Shown: positions 9,465 to 17,592 of the stretch, piece by piece | Numbering within the stretch: the first letter of the stretch is position 1 | Layout of the letters: each line of letters opens with the position of its first letter | Assembly (NCBI RefSeq): GCF_022836845.1 | Contig: NZ_JAJNNZ010000002.1 | Coordinates: forward strand, 15,033-47,032 | Direction: 5' to 3' | Source of the DNA: Vibrio gelatinilyticus | GTDB lineage: Bacteria; Pseudomonadota; Gammaproteobacteria; Enterobacterales; Vibrionaceae | Length of the DNA: 32,000 nucleotides | Made by a program: the position numbers and the translations under genes | Notes under the pieces: model-generated | What the model was told of the DNA's origin: nothing | Database searches by the model: none | What the model saw: only the letters and a program-made list of their open reading frames with translations

Positions 9465-12311
9465 TTAGCTCTTGAGCGCTTTACTACTTTGGCACAATTG
9501 CGAAATCTCTTTGACCATAGATTTGAGAGAGCGCTCCAAGTTAGTGCTATTTATTTCTATTGCGCCTGACTTAGACATAGAATCAACCCTATCATTAGAA
9601 CCCCAGATATTCATTGCTTTACTTGAAAAGTCAAAGCGATGCTCATACTCCTCATCATAACGCCAAGTGTTTACCCAGCTATATTCGGTATAAAAACTGC
9701 CATTACGATCCATGCGAAGATCACTACTGAGCTTATAAGTATGTTTCTCATATTCGACATATATAATGCACGGTCGACTAGCGGAGTATGAAACATCAAA
9801 GTCAGCTTTTAGCTTTCTGCGATGGGTTTCACTTGAATAAGAGGTATCCGTACTGTTTTCAAGCTTTGATTTTAAGCTCTTCATTAGCTTAACAACCTTT
9901 TCCATGTTGCTCTTATATTGCTTTTCCTGTTCAGCTTTTTTACGAGCTGCTTCTTCTTTGGCTTTTTTCAACCTAGCAGCCTTAGCCCATTTACTTTTGA
10001 TTTGAGCAATTTCAGCGTCATAACCGCCAAGTAAATCTCGAAAACTTTGCGAAGCTTGGCTATAGCTTTGCTTGGCATCTGAATATAACCCTTGCTTAGC
10101 TAAGCCTTGCCCTCTAGTTTGCAGGGCCTTGGCCTCTGTTTGTTTTGGTGATTGCAATGAGTATTTTTTGATTGCGGCCAACAATGCCGCTTGAGATTTT
10201 TGGGCGTTTATTTTTTCTGCGCTAATCAGTTGTGCTTGCTCTAATTCCTGCACCAGTAGTAGCTTGCTTTCAATAAACGCCTTGTTTGCTTCGGTAAACT
10301 GGCCTTCACTGCTTACTTTCAAGGCTAATTGGTAGGCGGATAGCCCTTGTTTTGCCTGCTCTGAATAGCCATAGCCCTGCTCAGTTAAATAGGCTTCAAG
10401 CTTAGTTTTCGCGTTTGTAGTTTGGATTTTTAGAGCATCGACCTCTTTGACTTGCATCAGTGCCTGCACCAGTAGTGGCTCACTTTCAGTAAATGCGTTG
10501 CTTGCTTGGGTAAACTGGCCTTCACTTCGCGCTTGACGAGCATTGTGATAAACCATTAACGCTTGCTTCACCGCCTCCGATTGACCATAACCTTGTTCAG
10601 AGAGGTAAGACTCAAGAGCGATTTTCGCCTTGGTGGCTTTAGTCTGGCTAACATACAGGGATTTACCGGCACCGAACTCTCGCCAAAGGTTTTGATAGCC
10701 CGTCTTAACTTCTTCAAGCAGCACTAACGCCTGAGCACTCTGCTGTTCATTGAGGTTTTGATTGCGAAGCAAGGTTTGCGCTTGAGCCAGTTTGCCTTCC
10801 AGCTCAGGGATGAGATTGCCATCAACCAAGTAATCTTTCGTCAAGCGTTCGGCAAGTCGAAGCGGTTCAAGGTTGTTACTGTTATTACGCTCGGCATCGC
10901 GTAAATCTGAAGTTAAATCACGCACGCCATTATCGAAGCGGCGAGCGATGGTTTTGATTTCCCCTTGCAGCCTACCTGCTTGCGCTTGATGCTCGGCAAT
11001 GAGGGCTTTATCGACTGGAGTTAAATCGGCAATAATGCTATCGAGCCAACCTTGCTGATAAGCAAAGCCAGTGCCAGCCAAAAGTGCAATGGAGAGCGCA
11101 ACAGGGACAAACTTGTTGCTGGTATGACTGCTGCTCTTGCTTATCTGAGTGATTTGGGCTTTAGCAGGCTTAGCCGTGCTAGTTAGAGCTTGATTGAAAG
11201 TCGTGATGTCAGCAAAGCGTTGGTCTGGCTTGTTCGATAACGCTTGGTCTACGGCATCGGATAGCCCTTGAGGCACATCTGCTCTTACTTCGCATAAACT
11301 TTCAATTCGACCTGTTGGCACTTCACCTGTCAGCATTTCATATAAAAGGACCGCTAAAGCGTATTGATCGGCACGACCATCAATCGTTCCCATTCCTTTG
11401 AGTTGCTCGGGTGCCATATAATAAGCAGTGCCTGTAGCGGCGCCTGTTTGGGTGCGCTGGGTGTTGCTGAGCACGCGAGCAATGCCAAAGTCCATTAGCT
11501 TTACGCTGCCATCTTCACATAAGAAGATGTTCTCTGGCTTAATATCACGATGCACTGTGTGCTGGTGAGCGTACTCAAGGGCATCGCAAAGTTTGTTGAT
11601 GATGTCTAAGGCATCATCGACTTCCATTTGCTGGTTGAGTTGCTGCTGATTGCTGAGCAAAGCACGCAGCTCTTGTCCTTCGAGCAGCTCCATGGTTAAG
11701 AATAGGTGCTCACCGTCTTGCTGAACATCGAAGACGTTAATGACGTTCGGGTGAGACAAATTGCTCGACAACTTGGCCTCGTCCATAAAACGCTGCTTAG
11801 CACGCTCACTTTGCGATAAATGCGGCAACACCATTTTAATCGCTATAGCTTGTTCCTTCACTTCATCAAAAGCAGCATAAACCACACCCATTCCGCCATG
11901 GCCGAGCACTTCGGTAATGCGGTAACGGTTAGCTAGCTTATGACCGATGGGTAAGGCTGTCACTTGACTTGCTGTCATCAAAGAACCAGTATCAAAATCG
12001 GTTCCAGATAGCGGCATATCCGCCATCATGGTTTGGCTCAGTGATGAACTAGCCGAAGGGGTCGATTGCGTCGTCTCTGGCTGGTTGTTAGCCTCATTAG
12101 CTAACTCAGTTAATAACCATTGAGCAACCTGCTCTAGGTCTACTTTTGATTGTCGAAACTTGTCCGCTAATGCTGGTGTGGGTGCTGAACTGATTTTATC
12201 ATCCAACAACCGATGCTTTTCCACTAACGCTTTTTTAATCGCAGCTTCTGGCTGACTGGCTAACGCTTCATCCGTTAGCCCAAGCTTTTGCTTTGCTTGA
12301 TTGATATCCAT
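9465..12311 (-). CDS. Receptor-type Hanks Ser/Thr kinase paralog 1. Order: J-like N-domain, kinase, one TM helix, helical repeats, unknown about 150-aa C-terminal domain
   Basis: Kinase motifs GHGGMGVVYAAFD, AIAIK, HRDIKPENIF, DFGIA and YYMAPE. One hydrophobic helix, FVPVALSIALLAGTGFAY, lies at about aa 401-417. There are two about 60-aa repeats (YL(S/T)EQGYG.SE..KQ.L..Y......SEGQFT.A..AF.ES..LLVQ). There is no FGE domain and no TR match. Confidence 0.9.
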   Translation of the reverse strand: MDINQAKQKLGLTDEALASQPEAAIKKALVEKHRLLDDKISSAPTPALADKFRQSKVDLEQVAQWLLTELANEANNQPETTQSTPSASSSLSQTMMADMPLSGTDFDTGSLMTASQVTALPIGHKLANRYRITEVLGHGGMGVVYAAFDEVKEQAIAIKMVLPHLSQSERAKQRFMDEAKLSSNLSHPNVINVFDVQQDGEHLFLTMELLEGQELRALLSNQQQLNQQMEVDDALDIINKLCDALEYAHQHTVHRDIKPENIFLCEDGSVKLMDFGIARVLSNTQRTQTGAATGTAYYMAPEQLKGMGTIDGRADQYALAVLLYEMLTGEVPTGRIESLCEVRADVPQGLSDAVDQALSNKPDQRFADITTFNQALTSTAKPAKAQITQISKSSSHTSNKFVPVALSIALLAGTGFAYQQGWLDSIIADLTPVDKALIAEHQAQAGRLQGEIKTIARRFDNGVRDLTSDLRDAERNNSNNLEPLRLAERLTKDYLVDGNLIPELEGKLAQAQTLLRNQNLNEQQSAQALVLLEEVKTGYQNLWREFGAGKSLYVSQTKATKAKIALESYLSEQGYGQSEAVKQALMVYHNARQARSEGQFTQASNAFTESEPLLVQALMQVKEVDALKIQTTNAKTKLEAYLTEQGYGYSEQAKQGLSAYQLALKVSSEGQFTEANKAFIESKLLLVQELEQAQLISAEKINAQKSQAALLAAIKKYSLQSPKQTEAKALQTRGQGLAKQGLYSDAKQSYSQASQSFRDLLGGYDAEIAQIKSKWAKAARLKKAKEEAARKKAEQEKQYKSNMEKVVKLMKSLKSKLENSTDTSYSSETHRRKLKADFDVSYSASRPCIIYVEYEKHTYKLSSDLRMDRNGSFYTEYSWVNTWRYDEEYEHRFDFSSKAMNIWGSNDRVDSMSKSGAIEINSTNLERSLKSMVKEISQLCQSSKALKS

Positions 12312-12334
12312 ATTGGGTTGCCTGATTCTCTATT

Positions 12335-14188
12335 TTAGGATGCTTGTAACTGGTTGATCAGGTTTTCTACCTGACGTTGCAATTGATTAAGTGGTTGCGT
12401 CTGCATCTGCAGTTGGCGAAGTTGCTGTTCAACAACCGCAATACGCTGGTTGGCTTGTTTGGCCTCAAACTGTTGCTGCTGGCGTTTTTCTTCTACGTGG
12501 GTTTTGTGCTGACTCTCTAGCTCGCTGAGCCAATGACGTTTTTGCTGATCTAAAAAGCGGTTGATTTGATTCACTTTCAAACGGTTTGTTTCAGAGACCA
12601 ATCGCTTAGCGATGTTATTCACTTCTCCACGAACTTTATGCAGCTCTTTTTCCATTCTTGCGGCTTCTTCTTTTGGAAAAGAAATGTAAGAGTAAATCAC
12701 ACCAGCAAAAAATAGTGGCAAGCCGAGCAACATAAGCACCGAACGAAGATTAGGGCTAAGCGCCCCCAACACCATACCGACAAACATCAAGCCCATCATC
12801 GCTTGGCGACCAGCGCCTAATCGCGCCAAAAAACCTTGGTGCGGCAACTCACCTTGATAACGAATTTCTAGCCCCAGCACTTCTTGTAGCTCTTGTTGAA
12901 GGCGAGATTTAGAAAACGTGTGTGACGATAATTGATACTGCTCAGTTTGTGGGTGGTTCTTGACTAACGTAGTGATATTCGCCAAACCTTGTTCAAGTGT
13001 TAACACATCTTGAATCAAAAACTGGTCACTTTGCTGTTTGATCACTGCTAACAATTGCTTCTGATAGTCTTCACTTAAGCTGAGTTTTATGATTTTGTGC
13101 TGCTTTTGTTGGTCAAGTCCATCAACATCCAACTTTTCAATAAATGCCGCTAAGTTAACAGCGTTAGTTGCATTGGGCGTTTCGCGCTTACGGCTCAGTT
13201 CCGCTAGATTCTTACTTAGCTCATTAAACTCATCATTAATGCGCTGTTTTAACGTGCTATCAAGCATGATGGATTCGGCATTTCCATGGCCAGTACGATC
13301 CGTTTGGCGACTTTCACGTTTTTTACGATTGGTGAGCTTTTTCGCTTGCTGCTCAAATTCATCATTTAACGCATCAACCCCTTGAAGCAGAGCATTACTT
13401 TGACTTAGTAAGTTCAGTTTTTGACGAAGTGGGTCATTTGAGTTGGTGAGAATCTCTGGGATTGAAGTTTCCACCGCTTCGGTTAATAACTGTTCTGGCA
13501 AGCGTATTGGGCAACGAAAACGGTTGAACCAGCCATTGTCGGGTAGCTGTAACCCTTTGGTGAGATCAGGCACATGGATTAGTGGCCAAAAGCCTTGCAT
13601 TTGAGCCGTCAATTGCTCCAACTCTCTCGCATCTTCTTCGGTTAGCTCAGCTTCTGCTTCCCCCGCAATGGCTAGAACGTTACTGTTCATCAGCACCCGA
13701 GTTAATGCCGCTGGGTAGGTTTTTAGGGTGGTGATAGTATCGGGGATATAAATCGTTAGGTTTTGTAGGCCTTTTTCGCTTGGCACATCCAACTTGAGGC
13801 TTTGAGGCGTATCTCCAAAAGAGAGCCCTTCACCCAGCACCTTTTCTAAACTTGTCCAATCATCAAACTCTTGACGCGTGCCGTTCTGCTCTAGGCTGTA
13901 ACCTTGTTTTTTAAGCGTAATTTCTAGTAAACCGATCGCTTTTTCGTGATTAATGGCGAAAACACTATATTCTTGCCCATAGAGCCAGTTAATAGCCGCA
14001 TTTCGGGCAGTACCGGATAGCCCGATTAGGGTGAGGTGGAAATCCTGACTTTGGGACTGAGTAGCAAGGTGTTGAAACTTCTCGCTAAGCGGTGTTTGTG
14101 CTTGACCAAGCTCTAAAGCTTGACTGATATCTACCGCCTGTTGACTAGATGTACTGAACTGTTGGCGCAGCAGTGCCAAATTTTCCAT
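12335..14188 (-). CDS. 617-aa membrane protein: N-terminal dynamin/GTPase-like domain with degenerate P-loop, coiled coils and a central TM hairpin
   Basis: RBS AAGGATAGGA. LTLIGLSGTARNAAINWLYG looks like the dynamin-type xxVxGxxxxGKSTLINALLG but has A-R-N where G-K-S would be. IYIPDT resembles G3 DxxG. Two adjacent hydrophobic helices (MMGLMFVGMVLGAL...VLMLLGLPLFFAGVIYSYISF) are followed by a Q/E/R-rich coiled coil. The fold assignment is inference. Confidence 0.6.
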   Translation of the reverse strand: MENLALLRQQFSTSSQQAVDISQALELGQAQTPLSEKFQHLATQSQSQDFHLTLIGLSGTARNAAINWLYGQEYSVFAINHEKAIGLLEITLKKQGYSLEQNGTRQEFDDWTSLEKVLGEGLSFGDTPQSLKLDVPSEKGLQNLTIYIPDTITTLKTYPAALTRVLMNSNVLAIAGEAEAELTEEDARELEQLTAQMQGFWPLIHVPDLTKGLQLPDNGWFNRFRCPIRLPEQLLTEAVETSIPEILTNSNDPLRQKLNLLSQSNALLQGVDALNDEFEQQAKKLTNRKKRESRQTDRTGHGNAESIMLDSTLKQRINDEFNELSKNLAELSRKRETPNATNAVNLAAFIEKLDVDGLDQQKQHKIIKLSLSEDYQKQLLAVIKQQSDQFLIQDVLTLEQGLANITTLVKNHPQTEQYQLSSHTFSKSRLQQELQEVLGLEIRYQGELPHQGFLARLGAGRQAMMGLMFVGMVLGALSPNLRSVLMLLGLPLFFAGVIYSYISFPKEEAARMEKELHKVRGEVNNIAKRLVSETNRLKVNQINRFLDQQKRHWLSELESQHKTHVEEKRQQQQFEAKQANQRIAVVEQQLRQLQMQTQPLNQLQRQVENLINQLQAS

Positions 14189-14618
14189 GTAATTCCTATC
14201 CTTATAAACTTGCTGGGTGCAAATCTTTACTTTTTAGTTTTTTGACACAGCAAATCAGTAAATTGTGATAGACGTGAACCTTGAAACGTTGCTAACGTGT
14301 TAATCATCAATTATGGCTGCTTACATCTATTCTACTCATTAACATTCTTAATTCCAAGGTGTGATAAGAGGCCTACCTCCCCAGAAATCCTATATAAAAC
14401 GGGGACTGACTCGTTATTATTTAAAATCCATTCACTCATCAAATAGTATTGCAGCCACTCCATTCACACTAATGATAAATATCAAAGCAAATAGTACCTA
14501 ACAATTTCACAACAACAATAGTGGGAATGACAATGTTATAAATTCCGCTACACTAAGCAAATCAGGGAAGCTGCTTCGTAATAAATTATGGCAGCAGCGA
14601 TATACAAAATGTCATTGG
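14189..14618. promoter_or_regulatory. 430-bp AT-rich divergent promoter region between the 617-aa/kinase/Hsp70/PP2C operon and the Ala/Gln/Ser-rich gene
   Basis: Divergent gene starts sit at 14188 (-) and 14619 (+). The spacer is long, non-coding and AT-rich. I cannot call specific -35/-10 boxes with confidence. Confidence 0.45.
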
Positions 14619-16490
14619 ATGGAAACAAAGGTCACCATTATGCCTTCAAGTGAACTTAACGCTATGCGAACGAATCTAGAGCAGCAACTGGCCGAAGCCA
14701 GAGCTCAGGCTGAGAAAATACAACAACTGGCTCAAAACTCTGAGCTTGATAGACAGCGGGCACAAAATGAAGCTTCGCTGGCTCAGCAACAAAGTGAAGC
14801 GAGTCAGCAGTCTGCGAGCCAAGCTCAGCAGCAAGCACAAGCATCAACTCAAGCAAGCAGCCAGGCTCAAAAAGATGCCGACAATGCCAATCAAAACGCG
14901 AGTCAAACCCAACAGCATTCCGAACAAGCCGCTCAAGCGAGTCAATCTGCTCAGCAACACTTTAATACTGCAAACCAAGCGGCAAGCGATGCGCGAGAAC
15001 AAGCTGCGAATGCAGCAAGAGCCTCTGATAGCGCAAGCAGTGAGGCGGCAGAAGCACGCCAAGCATCTAGCCAAGCAAGCAGCGCAGCAAGTGAAGCACA
15101 AACTGAAGCTCGTACGGCGCAAAGCGCCGCTAGTGATGCTCAATCAGAGCTGACTGCTGCAACCACAGCGGCCGCGATGGCTGGGCGAGCTGCAAGTGAA
15201 ACGAGCCAGTCACAATCGCAAGCAGCGCAAGCCGCTAGTGAAACGGAGCAAGCTCAATCTTCCGCGCAAAATGCACAATCGCAAGCAGAAAACGCGAGCC
15301 AAGGAGCACAAAGCGCTCAATCACAAGCCGAAGGAGCAAATCAACACGCTCAAGCGGCTCAATCTGATGCACAAACTGCGTCGCAACAAGCGCAACAATT
15401 CCAATCCTCCGCAGATTTGGCCAGCCAAAGTGCGCAATCCGCGCAACAACAAAGTCAGCAAGCGAGTCAAGCCAGTGCACAGGCTCAAACTCAAAGCGAA
15501 ACCGCGAAAGACGCATCCTTAATGGCACAAAGTCAAACAGAGCAAGCACAACAACAGGCGGCGCAAGCCAGCGCTGAAGCTCAAGATGCACAAAATGAAG
15601 CAGAAACCGCCAAGGACGATACGTTGACTGCTCAAACAGCGGCCCAAGCGGCCAGCGAAGCCACCAGTGCTGCACAAGCTTCAGCGCAGGCCGCAGCGCA
15701 AGGTGCGGCTGAACAGCAGCAACAGGCGCAAACTGCCAACGAAAAAGCCACCGAGTTTGCTGAGAAAAGCAATCAAGCCGCTCAGCAAGCATCCAGCGAC
15801 CAAAGCACTGCTGCGAACGCAGCCTCACAAGCACAAAATTTTGCAGGCAATGCGGAATCGGCACAGTCCACAGCACAAACAGCGTCAAGTTCAGCGCAAT
15901 CGGCTAACAATGAGGCGCAAAGTGCACAAAGCCAAGCACAAACTGCCGCCAGTCAAATTGAAGCTGAACTGAGTAAAGCCGCAGAAAGTGCTTCTTTAGC
16001 AGATAATGAAGCAGAGCAAGCCAGTAGCGCGCTGCACAGTATTCAACACCTTAGGAATGAAGCGTCTCAAGCAAATGCTGTTGCAATGCAAGCAAAAGCC
16101 GATGCCCTTGCAGCCAAAGAAGAGGCTGAACAATTATTGGCTCAAGCACGAGATGCTGCCAACCAATTAGTGGGTGTTTTGGAACAGATGAGAAGCCAAG
16201 GCGAAGCCGCGGTGCAAGATGCACTGCAACACGCAGCCAAAGCTGAGAGTTATATGACAAACGCAGGTGAGCATATGATTCAAGCCGGTAACCACTGCAC
16301 TCAAACTCGAATGTTTATGGAGGCGGCCGGCGAAGCCAAAGGCGAAACGGAAAGCTGTAAGGATGATGCCATTAGCCTGAAAGTCAGCATTGAGGGCAGC
16401 GTATCAGACGCAAAAAGCTCTGCCTCGAATGCTGAGCAAAGTGCCCGTGATGCCGCCGAGGCTGCGTCTCGAGCTGAGCGATTTGCTTAA
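14619..16490 (+). CDS. 623-aa low-complexity Ala/Gln/Ser(/Glu/Thr/Asn)-rich protein, predicted helical or disordered, with no signal peptide or TM
   Basis: A long ORF with a good terminator after it. The repetitive AQ/SQ/AS composition runs from about aa 45 to 470. The last about 150 aa are more ordinary and contain two Cys. An alternative start is the ATG at 14640 (MPSSELN) with AAGG upstream. Other frames are open only because of the compositional bias. Confidence 0.7.
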   Translation: METKVTIMPSSELNAMRTNLEQQLAEARAQAEKIQQLAQNSELDRQRAQNEASLAQQQSEASQQSASQAQQQAQASTQASSQAQKDADNANQNASQTQQHSEQAAQASQSAQQHFNTANQAASDAREQAANAARASDSASSEAAEARQASSQASSAASEAQTEARTAQSAASDAQSELTAATTAAAMAGRAASETSQSQSQAAQAASETEQAQSSAQNAQSQAENASQGAQSAQSQAEGANQHAQAAQSDAQTASQQAQQFQSSADLASQSAQSAQQQSQQASQASAQAQTQSETAKDASLMAQSQTEQAQQQAAQASAEAQDAQNEAETAKDDTLTAQTAAQAASEATSAAQASAQAAAQGAAEQQQQAQTANEKATEFAEKSNQAAQQASSDQSTAANAASQAQNFAGNAESAQSTAQTASSSAQSANNEAQSAQSQAQTAASQIEAELSKAAESASLADNEAEQASSALHSIQHLRNEASQANAVAMQAKADALAAKEEAEQLLAQARDAANQLVGVLEQMRSQGEAAVQDALQHAAKAESYMTNAGEHMIQAGNHCTQTRMFMEAAGEAKGETESCKDDAISLKVSIEGSVSDAKSSASNAEQSARDAAEAASRAERFA

Positions 16491-16512
16491 GATTTAACTT
16501 TCCCTAATAGTG

Positions 16513-16540
16513 AAGCGCCATATGTGGCGCTTTATTTTTA
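16513..16540 (+). terminator. Rho-independent terminator between the convergent Ala/Gln/Ser-rich gene and the DGR RT
   Basis: AAGCGCCA-TATG-TGGCGCTT hairpin followed by TATTTTT. Confidence 0.75.
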
Positions 16541-16590
16541 CCCTCTGGAATTACCGCTGATGCTGTATGACAACTCAAAAAGCCTTTCGA

Positions 16591-17592
16591 TTATTGGGCT
16601 GACACAGCCCAATTCAAGGGAGAAATTATCGCCCTTCTCAAACCAACACTTTCACCATGAACAGCATGACCAATCCACGCCATCATCGACGCCTTGACGA
16701 AATCAAGAGGCAGCTTGCCTTGTATATAGCGCCGATGTTTTTGACGATACTTTCGCGCAAAACGATAGCCATTATCATTGCGCACCCAGCGACGCGTCGA
16801 ACTTACTTTATAGCCCAGCATATCGACTTTTTGTACTGTTCTTAGCAGGCTTTGCTTGCGAGGATGCAACACTAACCCAATTGCAACAAGTTCAGATTCA
16901 ATGACGTTTTGAATTGCCCACAATTGCGATTTACAGTTAGACATAATAGTTAAGTCATCAACGTAACGCAGATAAGCAGGTGATTGGCTTGCTACCTTGT
17001 GGTCTAGCTCATTAAGAAATAAATTAGCAAAACACTGACTGGTTAAATTACCCATTGGCAACCCGACCAACTGCTGAGGAGACTTTAATAGTTCTCGAAT
17101 CAAAAAAAGCAACGGCTTGTCTTTAATAACACGCTTGATTTTATCAAATAGTATTTTGTTATTTATACTGGCGAAAAAGGAACGTATATCGAGTTTCAGC
17201 ACATATCGATACTTTCGTGCCCATACCTGATAAACATTGACAGCCAAATGCGCCCCCTTACCTTTGCGGCAGGCGTAACTGTGATGATAGAACCGAGCCT
17301 CAAAGATAGGCTCCAGTACATTCATGATGGCATGGTGTAGTACCCTATCTCGGAACGGTGCCGCGCTAATCTCTCTTGGTTTTCTATCGAAAATAATAAA
17401 CTTTCGATAACCGCCAAACCGATAGCTGCCTGAGCGAAGCTCTGCTTGCATGGCAAATAGCTCCGCCTCTAACTGGTAACTAAATTGGGCCACTTTCACT
17501 TGATTGCGTTTGCCCTTAGCTGCCTTTTTATAGGCTAAATACAAATTTGAAAAGCTAGTGACTTTATCCCAAAGATTACCCAGTCTTTTCAT
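16591..17592 (-). CDS. DGR-type reverse transcriptase
   Basis: 333 aa. Motifs LDIRSFFASI, LPMGNLTSQCFANLFLNELD (the DGR-typical SQ in motif 4) and LRYVDDLTIM (YxDD). RBS GGGGTGAAGG. It lies directly downstream of the TR and avd. Confidence 0.92.
   Translation of the reverse strand: MKRLGNLWDKVTSFSNLYLAYKKAAKGKRNQVKVAQFSYQLEAELFAMQAELRSGSYRFGGYRKFIIFDRKPREISAAPFRDRVLHHAIMNVLEPIFEARFYHHSYACRKGKGAHLAVNVYQVWARKYRYVLKLDIRSFFASINNKILFDKIKRVIKDKPLLFLIRELLKSPQQLVGLPMGNLTSQCFANLFLNELDHKVASQSPAYLRYVDDLTIMSNCKSQLWAIQNVIESELVAIGLVLHPRKQSLLRTVQKVDMLGYKVSSTRRWVRNDNGYRFARKYRQKHRRYIQGKLPLDFVKASMMAWIGHAVHGESVGLRRAIISPLNWAVSAQ

Noticed and set aside
9465-12311. Kinase paralog 1 as a second DGR target
   Set aside because: It has no FGE/CLec domain. 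I found nothing resembling the TR (for example CCAAGACCCGCCGCGAAGCA or the GGCTGAGCGCAGA core) in or near its 3' end.
14242-14270. TTGACA, a 17-nt spacer and GTGATA as a sigma-70 promoter for the Ala/Gln/Ser gene
   Set aside because: The -10 element is poor and the site is about 370 nt from the start codon. The evidence is too weak to call, so I annotated only the whole divergent region.
14662-16260. Six additional ORFs (64-217 aa) overlapping the Ala/Gln/Ser gene in other frames and on the opposite strand
   Set aside because: They are open-frame artefacts of the GCN/CAR/AGC-rich low-complexity DNA. Their translations are Arg/Lys/Leu/Cys-rich nonsense, and only the 623-aa frame has a plausible start and a terminator.
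16591-17592. The reverse transcriptase might be a retron, a group II intron maturase or an Abi/DRT-type defence RT
   Set aside because: An avd gene and a TR/VR pair with adenine-only mismatches lie directly upstream. Motif 4 has the DGR-type SQ. I see no msr/msd-like inverted repeats, no intron ribozyme domains and no fused effector domains.
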